From Macrostomum lignano (taxonomy: Eukaryota), in the NCBI GenBank assembly GCA_002269645.1, contig NIVC01000105.1:411992-475991 (forward strand): DNA of 64,000 nucleotides, read 5' to 3'. Both the position numbers and the translations under genes were made by a program. Below the pieces are notes generated by a model, which was not told the DNA's origin, did no database searches, and was given only the letters and a program-made list of their open reading frames with translations. Positions within the stretch are counted from its first letter, which is position 1; every line of letters begins with the position of its first letter. This document shows, one piece after another, positions 22,292-34,610 of the stretch.

Positions 22292-22495
22292 GTGGTTGTA
22301 GTCTAGTGGTCAGAGCGTCGGATTCACGACTGAAAGGTCGGGGGTTCGATTCTCGACCAACTTAGGAACATTTTGTGTCCTTGAACAAGACACTTAACTC
22401 TCTGTATTGCTTCAGTTCTCCTAGCTGTAAAATGGGTGCCAGCATTAGCTGGGCTAATTGAGGATTTGTGGCGACTACCTCGGTCCTTGGACCCA
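22292..22495 (+). mobile_element. tRNA-derived CORE-SINE, copy 1
   Basis: A-box-like TAGTCTAGTGG and B-box GGTTCGATTC, followed by gtgtccttgaacaagacacttaactctctgtattgcttcagttctcctagctgtaaaatggg, which matches the MIR-type CORE consensus (GTGACCTTGGGCAAGTCACTTAACCTCTCTG..CCTCAGTTTCCTCATCTGTAAAATGGG) as I recall it. A second copy lies at 25591. Confidence 0.85.
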
Positions 22496-22839
22496 ATTTA
22501 ACAGGTTAAGCAGAACTGGCTGGGGTTAGCCGGGGTTTAATACTGAAAATAAACAAAAAACTCATCAATAACGAATTATAACACCGGAAAAAAACTAAAT
22601 ATTCAAGTTTTTTATTCCAATTTCAAGTGGCGACAGAAAGTATGGATGCTTAACAACAATATTAAAGTTGAACAGCGAATTAACTTATTAATGATAATAA
22701 ATACTACTCGAATAAGAAGGAACGAGTGTCTAAATTTATGGCACAAAAATATGCTACGCAGATTAATGAAAATCGGGCAAAACCTAATGAAATTTTGTAG
22801 CCTGGATGTCATCAGCTACTTAGACATTCATGGCTAATC

Positions 22840-23765
22840 TGGAAGAATGCCTGCTTAATCCCATATGAGGATCTGGAAGAATGCCTGCTTAATCCCATAT
22901 GAGGATCTGGGAGAATGCCTGCTTAATCCCACATGAGGATCTGGGAGAATGGATGCTTAATCCCATATGAGGATATGGGAAAATGGATTCTTAATCCCAT
23001 ATGAGGATCTGGGAGAATGCCTGCTTAATCCCATATGAGGATCTGGGAGAATTGATGCTTAATCCCATACGAGGATCTGGGAGAATGGATGCTTAATCCC
23101 ACATGAGGACCTGGGAGAATGGATGCTTAATCCCATACGAGGATCTGGGAGAATGGATGCTTAATCCCACATGAGGACCTGGGAGAATGGATGCTTAATC
23201 CCACATGAGGATCTGGGAGAATGGATGCTTAATCCCATATGAGGATATGGGAGAATGGATTCTTAATCCCATACGAGGATCTGGGAGAATGGATTCTTAA
23301 TCCCACATGAGGATCTGGGAGAATGGATGCTTAATCCCACATGAGGACCTGGGAGAATGGATGCTTAATCCCACATGAGGATCTGGGAGAATGGATGCTT
23401 AATCCCATATGAGGATATGGGAGAATGGATTCTTAATCCCATACGAGGATCTGGGAGAATGGATTCTTAATCCCACATGAGGACCTGGGAGAATGGATGC
23501 TTAATCCCATATGAGGATCTGGGAGAATGGATGCTTAATCCCACATGAGGACCTGGGAGAATGGATGCTTAATCCCATATGAGGATCTGGGAGAATGGAT
23601 GCTTAATCCCACATGAGGATCTGGGAGAATGGATGCTTAATCCCACATGAGGATCTGGGAGAATGGATGCTTAATCCCACATGAGGATCTGGGAGAATGG
23701 ATGCTTAATCCCACATGAGGATCTGGGAGAATGGATGCTTAATCCCACATGAGGAACTGGGAGAA
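22840..23765. repeat. 34-bp minisatellite (AGGATCTGGGAGAATGGATGCTTAATCCCACATG)n, ~27 copies
   Basis: Direct inspection. Confidence 0.97.
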
Positions 23766-23830
23766 CGGCTGTGCAACCAGTAAATCAGTGCAGCCTACTA
23801 CATGCTAATGCTACTACTAATCAATAATCA

Positions 23831-25535
23831 TTACTCGTCTTTAAACTCGGCCGCCCGTTTCTCAGTGAAGGCTGACATTCCTTCGGAGCGGTCGCGCGTC
23901 CCAAACGAAGCGTGGAAGAGGCGCCTCTCCAGCAGGAGGCCCTGCGACAGCGGCGCCTCGTAGGCGGCATTGACGCTCTCCTTCGCGGCGTAGATCGCCA
24001 TCAGGGACATTCGGCTGATCCTCTCAGCGAGGTCCAAAGCTGCAGCTTCCAGTTTGTCGGCTGGCACAACTTTACTGACCAAGCCGGCTGACTCGGCCTC
24101 CTTAGCGGTGATCATATCGCCAGTCAGGCACATCTCCATGGCTTTGCTCTTGCCAACAGCTCTGGGTAATCGCTGGGTGCCACCAGCGCCGGGAATGGTG
24201 CCCAATCGGATCTCCGGCTGGGCGAACTTGGCCGAATCGCCAGCGTAGATGATGTCGCACATCATGGCTAGCTCGCAGCCTCCGCCCAGAGCGTAGCCAT
24301 TCACAGCGGCTATGATTGGCTTTCTAATTCGAAGCATCTCGGTCCAGTCGTTGATGAAATTGGTGCCGAATACGGTTGAGTAGGTTTTCGGCTGCATCTC
24401 TTTGATGTCGGCGCCTGCGGCGAATGCTTTTGAGCTGCCTGTGAGCACGATGGCCTGCGGTTGGTTTGAACTTTGTTGGTTTAGGGCCAAAAATCCATAT
24501 CATACTACTGGCGAATGTGAGCCTTGCGTTTAAATAGACTTAGCCTGTTTGATCTCAACAGCCATGATCTCTATAGGAAATCTTAAATCCCACCATAACA
24601 AAACTCTAAATCTCACCCCTTTCTAGAATCTAAATCTCACCTCTCTATACTCTAGTCTCACCCCTCTATAAGCTGTAAATCTCACCCCTGTCTGTACTGT
24701 TAATCTTACCTCTCTATACCGTAAATCTCACCCTTTCTACTCTCTAAATCTCATCCCTCTATACTCTAGTCTCATCCTTCCTTATGCTTTAGTCTCGCCC
24801 CTCCCTATACTCTATTCTCACCCCTCCCTATACTCTATTCTCACCCCTCCCTACACTTTAGTCTCACCCCTATACTCTAGTCTCACCCCTCCCTATACTC
24901 TATTCTCACCCCTCCATACACTTTCGTCTCACCCCTCCCTATACTCTATTTTCACCCCTCCCTACACTTTAGTCTCACCCCTATACTCTAGTCTCACCCC
25001 TCCCTACACTTTAGTCTCACCCCTATACTCTAGTCTCACCCCTATACTCTAGTCTCACCCCTCCCTACACTTTAGTCTCACCCCTATACTCTAGTCTCAC
25101 CCCTCCCTACACTTTAGTCTCACCCCTATACTCTAGTCTCACCCCTCCCTATACTCTATTCTCACCCCTCCCTATACTCTAGTCTCACCCCTATCTTCAC
25201 GATCGATATAATCTAGTCTCATCCATCTCGATAATCTATTCTCAGTCCTATCTAGACTGTAAATCTCAACAATCAATCAGACAAACCTTGACGCTGGGAT
25301 CCGCATCGAACTCTCTGAAGGCGACGTTCAACTCCCTCAGCAAGTCATCGCACAAAGAATTCAACGCTTTAGGGCGATTCAAACGAACAAATCCGACTTG
25401 ACTTTTATCGCCTTTCTTTTCGACTAAGATGTTCTTGTAGCTGCCGGAGCCGCCGCTGCACAGCTGACGCAGCCCGTTGCCCCTGGCAACCGAGGCCAGA
25501 GTGACTTGGATACCGGTTCTGGCAATACCCAACAT
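23831..25535 (-). CDS. ECHS1: Mitochondrial short-chain enoyl-CoA hydratase, 290 aa, 2 exons
   Basis: Exon 1 is 25535-25287 (MLGIARTG...[11 protein letters not shown]...DPSVK, donor AAG|GTTTGT) and exon 2 is 24454-23831 (acceptor ccgcag|[20 protein letters not shown]...[11 protein letters not shown]...[20 protein letters not shown]). Both catalytic Glu are present and the N-terminus is an Arg-rich transit-like peptide. Confidence 0.96.
24600..25200. repeat. 21-23-bp minisatellite (TCTCACCCCTCCCTATACTCTAG)n in the ECHS1 intron
   Basis: Direct inspection. Confidence 0.93.
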
Positions 25536-25590
25536 TCTCTGAAGTGCGTGTCCCAATGCTATGCTTTGATTCTGCTTTTGAGTTTAGTCA

Positions 25591-25784
25591 GGTTAGTGCC
25601 TAGTGGTTAGAGCGTCGGATTTACGACTGAGAGGTCGGGGGTTCGATTCTCGACTAACTTAGGAACATTTCGTCCTTGAGCAAGACACTTAACTCTGCAC
25701 TGCTTCAATTCACCCAGCTGTAAAATGGGTGCCAGTATTAGCTGGGGTAATTGAGGGTGTGTGGCGACCTCACAGTCCTTGGAC
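25591..25784 (+). mobile_element. tRNA-derived CORE-SINE, copy 2
   Basis: Aligns with 22292-22495 from tagtggt(t/c)agagcgtcgg through gtccttggac, with the same B box and CORE segment. Confidence 0.85.
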
Positions 25785-26682
25785 TGAACAGCCGTACGCA
25801 GCCTTCAGATGCAATCCATTGGGGCAGGTGTTATCAATTGCCATTATTGTTCATTTTTTATAATATTTTTATAGTTACGAATCATTATTTAATATATCTT
25901 GCCCCTGATATATATATATATATACGAAAAACATTATTAACGTAATAAAAAAATGTTATTTTCAGATTTTTGTAAAATTTTAGCATGCTTTTCAAGCAAA
26001 ACACGGCCTCTTAAATTTTTCTAAAATAGAAGCTCTCTGCTTTTCTAAGCTGTTTTAACTATTTGTTGGAAAATCATTTCGTAAAAGAATGAAAGCGAAA
26101 ATACTATATTGAATTAGATAATAAAAATTGTATTTTTGTAATTTTCCTGAAGAAAACGAACACTACATGTAAATCAGTCATGCGCTGATTACACTACTCG
26201 AACTGAATAAAAACAGTAGTAGCACACTGTTTGATAAAAGTATATAACAAAATCTGTCCGGATTGTAATAAATTTCATGTGCATAGTACACTACTCACAC
26301 TAACAGTAGTGCAACAAGCTTCTAAAAAGCCAGAAAACATTAACAAAGAAGTGAAATTGTGTGGAAATAGTTTTTTAGCAACCTTTAATAGCAAAATGTG
26401 CTGGAAGAAGTTAAACAAAAAATCTTTTTTCGATGTAAATAATTAATAATTAATTTTGATTCAAGTCAGGAAAACTTATCGAAACTTATCGGAAGAGTCA
26501 GCGCAATTCATTAGTAAAAGTGTTTCAAATAAAAATCATCTACTTACTACTGATAGTAATAAGTAGTAGAAAAAGCGAATATAAAAAAAACATTTGAACA
26601 TTTATCGTTCATGGAAGACACAAATAAGTGACATTGGAATGTCAAGAGATTCAGCTTGAAATTACAGCATATCCGACACCAA

Positions 26683-29600
26683 TTAGTTTTCTGCAGGACA
26701 AAACTGCGCCTTGTACTGATAAGTGAGCTCAGTGCTCATCAACTGTCCATTGCTCAAGCTCAAAGCCGTACCTGGCAAAGGCCGCCTCGGAGGCAGCGGT
26801 GACCACCAGTTCAACAGGGTGTCCACAAACGGCACCTGTCTGAGAGCGCCCTCGCGTTCCAGCCTCTCTCGTTCTTCATCGGCAAGATTTTTTTCTACAG
26901 TCTCGATGCCACGACGAATTGTAGCGACCAAGGTTTCATCGGCTACCACTTTTGAGTCGCATTCGGCACCTACTTTGATTAGATGATCTATCATGCCTTG
27001 GATATCGGTGTCTGGTGGCACCAGGCCAAATCTAATACAGCCCATTGGTTGCTCCGCACCAGCAGTCTCAGTAGCCTCACTGTTGCTAGGCAGCACTTCT
27101 CCCCAGGTAAAACCGGAATCTTGCACTTTTAAACTGTCGTAGATTGCTCGATTGACAGCTTGCAAGTCCACTGCTTGGCCTTTGTACAGCACAGCTCCCA
27201 GGCCTGGCCAATCAGATTGGGTGACCAGCTGAAGTCTGGGGTTCGATTCTGCGGGTTGATAAGTTGTTAAAAGGCCAATTCTCAGATTTTCTCAGTTATA
27301 GGGCGATTTTCTCAATGTTTAAAGGGCGATTTTCTCAGAAGAGGGTGATTTTTTTAATGTTTAGAGGGCGATTTTCTTAATGTTTAGAGGGCGATTTTCT
27401 TAATGTTTAGAGAACGATTTTCTCAGTGTTTAGAGAACGATTTTCTCAGTGTTTAGAGGGCGATTTTCTCAGTGTTTAGAGAACGATTTTCTCAGTGTTT
27501 AGAGGGCGATTTTCTCAGTGTTTAGAGGGCGATTTTCTCCGTGTTTAGAGGGTGATTTTCTCAGTGTTTAGAGGGCGATTTTCTCGGTGTTTAGAGGGCG
27601 ATTTTCTCAGTGTTTAGAGGGTGATTTTCTCAGTGTTTAGAGGGCGATTTTCTCAGTGTTTAGAGGGCGATTTTCTCAGTGTTTAGAGGGCGATTTTCTC
27701 AGTGTTTAGAGGGTGATTTTCTCATATTTAGAGGGTGATTTTCTCAGTGTTTAAAAAGGATTCTCTCAGTGTTGAGAGTTCGATTTTCAAGTGTCTAAAA
27801 ACTCACCAACCAACTTGACGAACTCCGGTCTCAACCGTCTAGTGGCGTCCAACAGCTGCAGCCCGTCAGTAAGAGCGCCAGCCAGTCTGTCGAAATCTTC
27901 AGCCGACGGCAGCAGCGGCGCATCCTGCGGTCGGTACCGACCGACCAAGCGCTGCTGAGGTGTCGGAAAAACACCTGGACAGGACACGAGCTTCAGCTTG
28001 AACGGATCTCCATTCTCGTTGGCTTCAGCCGCGGCAGTGCACAGAGACTCAACCAGCCAACCAGTTTCGGCATTGCACCAGCTTCCATCCGCGTCATCAA
28101 CAGTCCTATTCGAATTGAAACGAAACAGAATCTCGGTTGGATCCCTGCTAGGAACCATGATCAACTCGGGCGACTCTTGCTGCTGTCTCTTCAGCAGATT
28201 AGCGAATTCCAGGCGGCAGGCTCGAACCCGGGTTGGCCTATCAGCGGCCGAATCACTGCCGATGTGCTGCAACGCTAGCCAAGCTGGTAGCCACAGACCC
28301 AGCTCAGCATCCTGTCCTTCATCATAGGAATCTCTATCAGTCTCATCCGATTCTAATTCAGCCTGTTCAGCCGCAGCTCCGCCGCCAGCAATCCAGGTAA
28401 TCTTAGGCAGGCCGAAGAGCCCAAACAGCTGGCTGAAATCCAGACAGGCTGAATCAGGCCGGCAGTCGCTACTCAGAGTAGCCAGTGCCGCATCGTCAGC
28501 CAGCCTGGATCCCTGGGCGTGAAGCCAGACGCCACGGCTGCGACACACTTCAACCAGGCTGACTAGCTGGTCTTGTCCGCACACAGCTTGAACCAACACA
28601 GGCCTGTTGGTGACGAAATCTGCATCAAGAGCTTCGGCAAGGGTCTCTGGCGACAGCGAGCTGCCTGGCAGATTGCGACGAAAAGCAGATAAGGGCAGGC
28701 AAAGTTGAACAGCTAGCGGCTCCACAATGCTATCCGGTGTGGAAGGATGCAGATAAATGAGAGGATGCCTCTGCAGCATAGCCTGATGATTCAAATCATT
28801 GCCCGAACCACTGTAAGCTCGAACTAGAGCCCGTTGGCAAGCCAGTCGAATCGAATCCCATTCGTCGCCCAGATGCAAGTGGAACAATTCAAACGAATCC
28901 TCTATATTAAAGATTAGTTTGTTTAGCCAGGCGCAAACTTCTAAGCGGCATTGTCTGGCTAGCTGACAAACCGATGCGGGCCTGCTATCGCTTGATAGCC
29001 AAGCTGTGACAGCCGCTGACACAGCAGCTGGACTGGAGACCCGGTCAGATGGTAGACGGCTGAATAGTCTCTGCTGTAGCTGAAATAATAGGAAAATGTG
29101 TCACCTTATCCTACTGTAAGTGGCTTAAATAGATTAGTGCTTAGATTCTAGCAGCCAATCACGGAGCACTGATCAGATAGAGAGCAGATTCTTGATTCTA
29201 GCAGCCAATCACAGAGCACTGATCAGATAGATAGCAGATTCTATCTAGCCGCCAATCACGGAGCACTGATCAGATAGATAGCAGATACTAGCAGCCAATC
29301 ACAGGGCACTGATCAGATAGATAGCAGATTCTTGATTCTAGCAGCCAATCACAGAGCACTGATCAGATAGATAGCAGATTCTATCTAGCCGCCAATCACG
29401 GAGCACTGATCAGATAGATAGCAGATACTAGCAGCCAATCACAGGGCACTGATCAGATAGATAGCAGATACTAGCAGCCAATAACAGGGCACTGATCAGA
29501 TAGAGAGCAGATTCTTGATTCTAGCAGCCAATCACAGAGCACTGATCAGATAGATAGCAGATTCTATCTAGCCGCCAATCACGGAGCACTGATCAGATAG

Positions 29601-30945
29601 ATAGCAGATACTAGCAGCCAATCACAGGGCACTGATCAGATAGATAGCAGATTCTAGCAGCCAATCACAGAGCACTGATCAGATAGATAGCAGATCCTAG
29701 CAGCCAATCACAGAGCACTGATCAGATAGATACATGTAGCAGATCCTAGCAGCCAATCACAGGGCACTGATCAGATAGATAGCAGATCCTAGCAGCCAAT
29801 AACAGGGCACTGATCAGATAGAGAGCAGATTCTTGATTCTAGCAGCCAATCACAGAGCACTGATCAGATAGATAGCAGATTCTATCTAGCCGCCAATCAC
29901 GGAGCACTGATCAGATAGATAGCAGATACTAGCAGCCAATCACAGGGCACTGATCAGATAGATAGCAGATTCTAGCAGCCAATCACAGAGCACTGATCAG
30001 ATAGATAGCAGATTCTATCTAGCAGCCAATCACAGGGCACTGATCAGATAGATAGCAGATTCTATCTAGCAGCCAATCACAGAGCACTGATCAGATAGAT
30101 AGCAGATTCTATCTAGCAGCCAATCACAGAGCACTGATCAGATAGATAGCAGATTCTATCTAGCAGCCAATCACAGAGCACTGATCAGATAGATAGCAGA
30201 TTCTATCTAGCAGCCAATCACAGAGCACTGATCAGATAGATAGCAGATTCTATCTAGCAGCCAATCACAGAGCACTGATCAGATAGATAGCAGATCCTAG
30301 CAGCCAATCACAGAGCACTGATCAGATAGAGAGCAGATTCTATCTAGCAGCCAATCACAGAGCACTGATCAGATAGATAGCAGATTCTATCTAGCAGCCA
30401 ATCACAGAGCACTGATCAGATAGATAGCAGATCCTAGCAGCCAATCACAGAGCACTGATCAGATAGAGAGCTAGATCATAGCTATCTTAGATCAGTTAGA
30501 TAAATAGGAAGACACGCTCACACAGTGCACAGCGGCCCTTAATTTCTCATTGTCAGGTAGTGAACACCCTCTCTGTGCCATGGAGTGTTGTCCCCATTGG
30601 TGTGACCCCCCTCCCTTATCGTAAATCAGAAATGCAGTGAAAGCATCCCACCTGAGCCAATGCTTTGCCCATAGCAACGCTGCCATCGCCCTTCAGCAGC
30701 TCTGGCAAGAAGGCTGTCTCAGCGTCACGCTCTTTTTTTAATCGTTCAGCTTTCAGTTGTTTGTTTATCTCTTCGACTTCTTTCAGGGACTCCATGACAG
30801 AGGCCTCAAGCTCTTTGAACATGCTGTCCATACCGGGATGGGCCAAGTCAAGCGACTGTTCATAGTTTGAACGGAATATAGGAGTCTGTATGGCCACAGA
30901 GGCTGTGTTAGACACCTCACCATCACTGCCCTCGCTTGTCTCCAT
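26683..30945 (-). CDS. PDXDC1: Pyridoxal-dependent decarboxylase domain-containing protein 1 homolog, ~695 aa, 3 exons
   Basis: Exons 30945-30652 (donor CAG|GTGGGA), 29079-27807 (ttatttcag| ... TTG|GTGAGT) and 27203-26683, with matching phases (0, then 1) and a total of 2088 nt. Motifs LVEVCRSRGVWLHAQG and EGALRQVPFVDTLLNWWSP...TYQYKAQ parallel PDXDC1 LKELCEQYGIWLHVEG and EGVLRQIPVVGSVLNWFSP...YVYKAQ. Confidence 0.9.
27290..27780. repeat. 23-bp minisatellite (GAGGGCGATTTTCTCAGTGTTTA)n in PDXDC1 intron 2
   Basis: Direct inspection. Confidence 0.96.
29130..30475. repeat. 42-48-bp satellite (AGCAGCCAATCACAGAGCACTGATCAGATAGATAGCAGATTCTATCT)n in PDXDC1 intron 1, ~29 copies
   Basis: Direct inspection. 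The left part shows a repeating three-variant order. Confidence 0.96.
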
Positions 30946-33627
30946 TGTGTCTGTTAAATTTCTGAAATATTCATAAAAATAGTAAAATACTAGAGTAGTG
31001 TATAATAGTCATCAACAACCATGATAACTTTGAAAATATGCAATACACTAGCTTAAGTTATAAAAGTATAATAACATACTTTAATACTTATGCCATGAAA
31101 TCCTATTGTTTTGTATTATTTATTATAGAATACTCTAAGCCATATAAATTCTGAATATAAATTCTTTATTTGATCTTAAAGCCATTTAATAACAATCAAT
31201 ACTATGAATTAAATATTTGAAGTCTTATAATATATGCTATAGCTTATAAGCACTTGATATAGTGCCTAGAAATAATACATAGTTCTATTTTTGTGCTCAA
31301 AAATACTCTATTTTTCCTATGCACGAATGTTTCATTCTTAGAAAAACGCACATTCAAATTCAAACAAAAAAGAAATTACTAGTATTTTGTTTAAATGTTG
31401 TTAATTGTAAAAATATTAACCTTTTGTTTTAAATGAGCCTGATGGCCAATATAAATAGAAGCTCCAAGCAGGCCAAGAAAGCTACTGTCCTTGACTCGTT
31501 GAGTAACTCTGAGCAAACTTTAATAAGCTCTTACTAAATCTTGAAAGCAGTCGCTTGAGAATTTGACTTGTTCATTTCTTAGAGTATAAGCCCCAAATTG
31601 GGAGTAGTATTAAGATCCGCTAAAAGCAAGAATTCGCCTCAGGGCAGTAATTGCTAATTCGCCTCAGGGTAGGAGAACCACCTCAGAGCGAGAGAAGATT
31701 GCCTCAGGGCCCTCTGATCCCGGGAATGCCAGGACTGGGAGATATAAGAGTAGACAGTGCCAATAGACCACTCAGGCAAAAGGTACAGTACATATACAAC
31801 CGCTACCATTAGATAAGTAGACGCTACCTATATAAGTAGATAAGTAGACACTACCAATATTTGTAGTACATTTATATGCAAAAGTACATTAAGTAGAAAG
31901 ACAGAATTAACAGGCCTGCAACAACTTTAGTGACAGCTATGGAATCATTTGTAGGGACAGAAGTTACCCCTAGCACAACTTTGGTGTCAGCAGTTGAGAT
32001 TTAAACAGAGAGAACAAGAACCACTTTAACAACTTGGTTGCAGCAGTGGGATAATTTCAGTGAGAGCAATTACGCCTTTGACAACTTTGGTGGCATAACA
32101 GTGGGATTTTGTATTGTACAAGAATACCACTTCGACACACTATTAGGAAAAAATAAATTTTTATGCAAAAAAATCATTATTTAATTATCTAGATTGCTAG
32201 CTAATAAACCAATATATTATTGTACTCTGACATTATAGATTGATAGAACCCACTTTGAGACCTGGAATTTTAGTATAAGACCCTTGAGTAGAGATAGAAC
32301 AAAACAATTTTTTAATCAATTCAATTTGGTTCAAATATCTGATTGAACCAAATTGAATACCAATAAAAAATACAAATAATATACAAATAATATGCCTAAC
32401 TCACTACTTATTAGTCACTTGTCAATAGTGCTAATTGATGGTTAAATGAATTCATTCTAGATAAATTACTACCATGAATTCCTATGATTAAAGTTATATG
32501 GAAATGTCTGGTCTATTATCACTACTTGAAACATATAGTGTTTAAATATTTAGCTTTGTTCCCTGTAGCAGACCTCAACCAATAGGCTTGTATCTGTCCA
32601 ATAAAATGTGCATAGACCTGAGACCAAATGAAAACCCCACCCCTATAAGTTTGTATGAATCAATGCCTGCAAATCCATGTTCCATAAACTTGATGCTGCT
32701 TCTCCTAAAGCCCCAAAGCCTCCTAAAGCCTCAGTATTCAATTTGATCACAATGTGCAACTGAAACTGCTTAAGCACTCTCATTGTCTTTCCTTTAGATG
32801 TACCATGTGTTGTTTCATCCTTAATTCCCTTTCTCATTAATAAGTCACAAGCCAAAAAAACCTTAATAATCACAAAGCTTTATATGTAAACTTTTCATTT
32901 CTTAATTCCCAATTCTTATTTATCCCTAATTCTTTCCCTTTATTTCTGAGCCACAATACCAATACCCAACTTCTAGACTTGTTCAAACTTTTTATCCCAT
33001 ATCAAAGCAACTGATCAAGGATTTGGTATTTAGATTATCAACTTTCCAATTCTTATTTAAACAAAATATTAAGTCAATTTAAATCATCAACATTAGAAGG
33101 TATTATCACTATTAATTAAATATATATACAGAAAGCCCACAATAGAAAATGACACATGGTCGACATGGAAAATAAAGTTGTCAATGCTTTATAAAAAAAC
33201 TATAGCTTGATTAATTGTGATCCCAATAGTAACTGCAAAAAAGTAGTAAATAACATATTTTAATTTTTTCACAATTCACATTATTAAATATATCAAGCAT
33301 ATCAATAAAAAGCTAGTAGATTTTTATCGGATTTAGTATGGACTTAGCAACATAGTTTCAATGCCATATGCATGCTATAGTTAGGTGGTAAGAGGCTAAT
33401 GATAAGATGAATGTTTTCACTTTCAAGGAGAGCTTTTAAGTTCCTAGGGTTTGGGACTAAAAAAGGGTTGGGATATAAGGAACTATATTTAAGATGAATT
33501 TTTTCACTTTTATGTCTTTAATGTGAGGGCCAAAGGGAGCTTTCAAGTTCTTAGAACTTGGGATTCAAGCAACAAAGACAGATAGCAAGACACCATCTAG
33601 GCCTATCTTGACTCTAGCCACAATGTA

Positions 33628-34610
33628 CGAGGGGTGTCCAAAAAGTAGTGATACTTTCAACTGTAGCTCTCGTTCTATAGCTTCCTGTGATTTAAAATTT
33701 TATGAAATGATAGCGGCAAATCTCTTCTACAGACTGCTTTTTTAATTTTTAAAATTGATACCAGAGAACAAAAGTTATACCCACAAAAGTAACAGTACCT
33801 GTACCATAGAGTTACACAAACTATATCAAAATTTATGATAGTCGACTTCTGCACTTATTCATTAAGAAGGCATTGATAAATGTCTTGTTTAAGCATACAA
33901 AAGCCCAATTGCAAAATGATGCTCACTGTGACTGACTGAAATTTGTCTATGGACAGAATCATGTGCAGAAAAATAAAGCATTAAATTCATTACTTTACTT
34001 GCAAACAGAGGAGCTTGCATTTTGCAATTGATTTCATTGCCCATACTTGACAACACATGGATGTGCACTCAGTTGTTGCTCAGCAAAGTACTATCTTCAC
34101 TCTTTGGGGTGCTGGCCATGTGCCTCAGAAATTCATGCAAAACTTTGCTCTGCGCACAGATCCTCTGCGGTAAGCAAAATGACAGTTTATCGATGGATGG
34201 AGCAGTTCAGCGAGGGAAGGCTGACTTGGCAGATCAGCATCGGACGGGGTGGCCATACATTCATCGACCTGATGTACTGGCGGACTCCATTCTGAATCTT
34301 CTTGACGAGGACTCCCGAATGACCATTAGAGAGATCGCTGACAGGTTGGACAAGCCGAAATCAACAATTCATCGAAGCTTACTCGGCATGGATCTTGTGA
34401 AGCTCAGCCTATAATAATTTGTGTAACTCTATGGTACAGGCACTGTTACTTTCATGGGTATAACTTTTGTTCTCTGGTATCAATTTTAAAAATTAAAAAA
34501 GCAGTCTGTAGAAGAGATTTGCTGCTATTAGTTCATAAAATTTTAAATCACAGGAAGCTATAGAACGAGAGCTACAGTTGAAAGTATCACTATTTTTTGG
34601 ACACCCCTTG
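33628..34610 (+). mobile_element. Internally deleted mariner element with ~193-bp TIRs and TA target duplication
   Basis: TA|CGAGGGGTGTCCAAAAAGT... and ...TTTTTTGGACACCCCTTG|TA; 33628-33820 is inverted at 34418-34610. The interior encodes a frameshifted mariner N-terminal paired HTH (AVSKMTVYRWMEQFSEG / DLADQHRTGWP...LLDEDSRMTIREIADRLDKPKSTIHR) and no catalytic domain. Confidence 0.9.

Noticed and set aside
22292-22370. Functional tRNA gene
   Set aside because: The acceptor stem does not close and the sequence continues into a CORE segment shared with the copy at 25591, so it is a SINE head.
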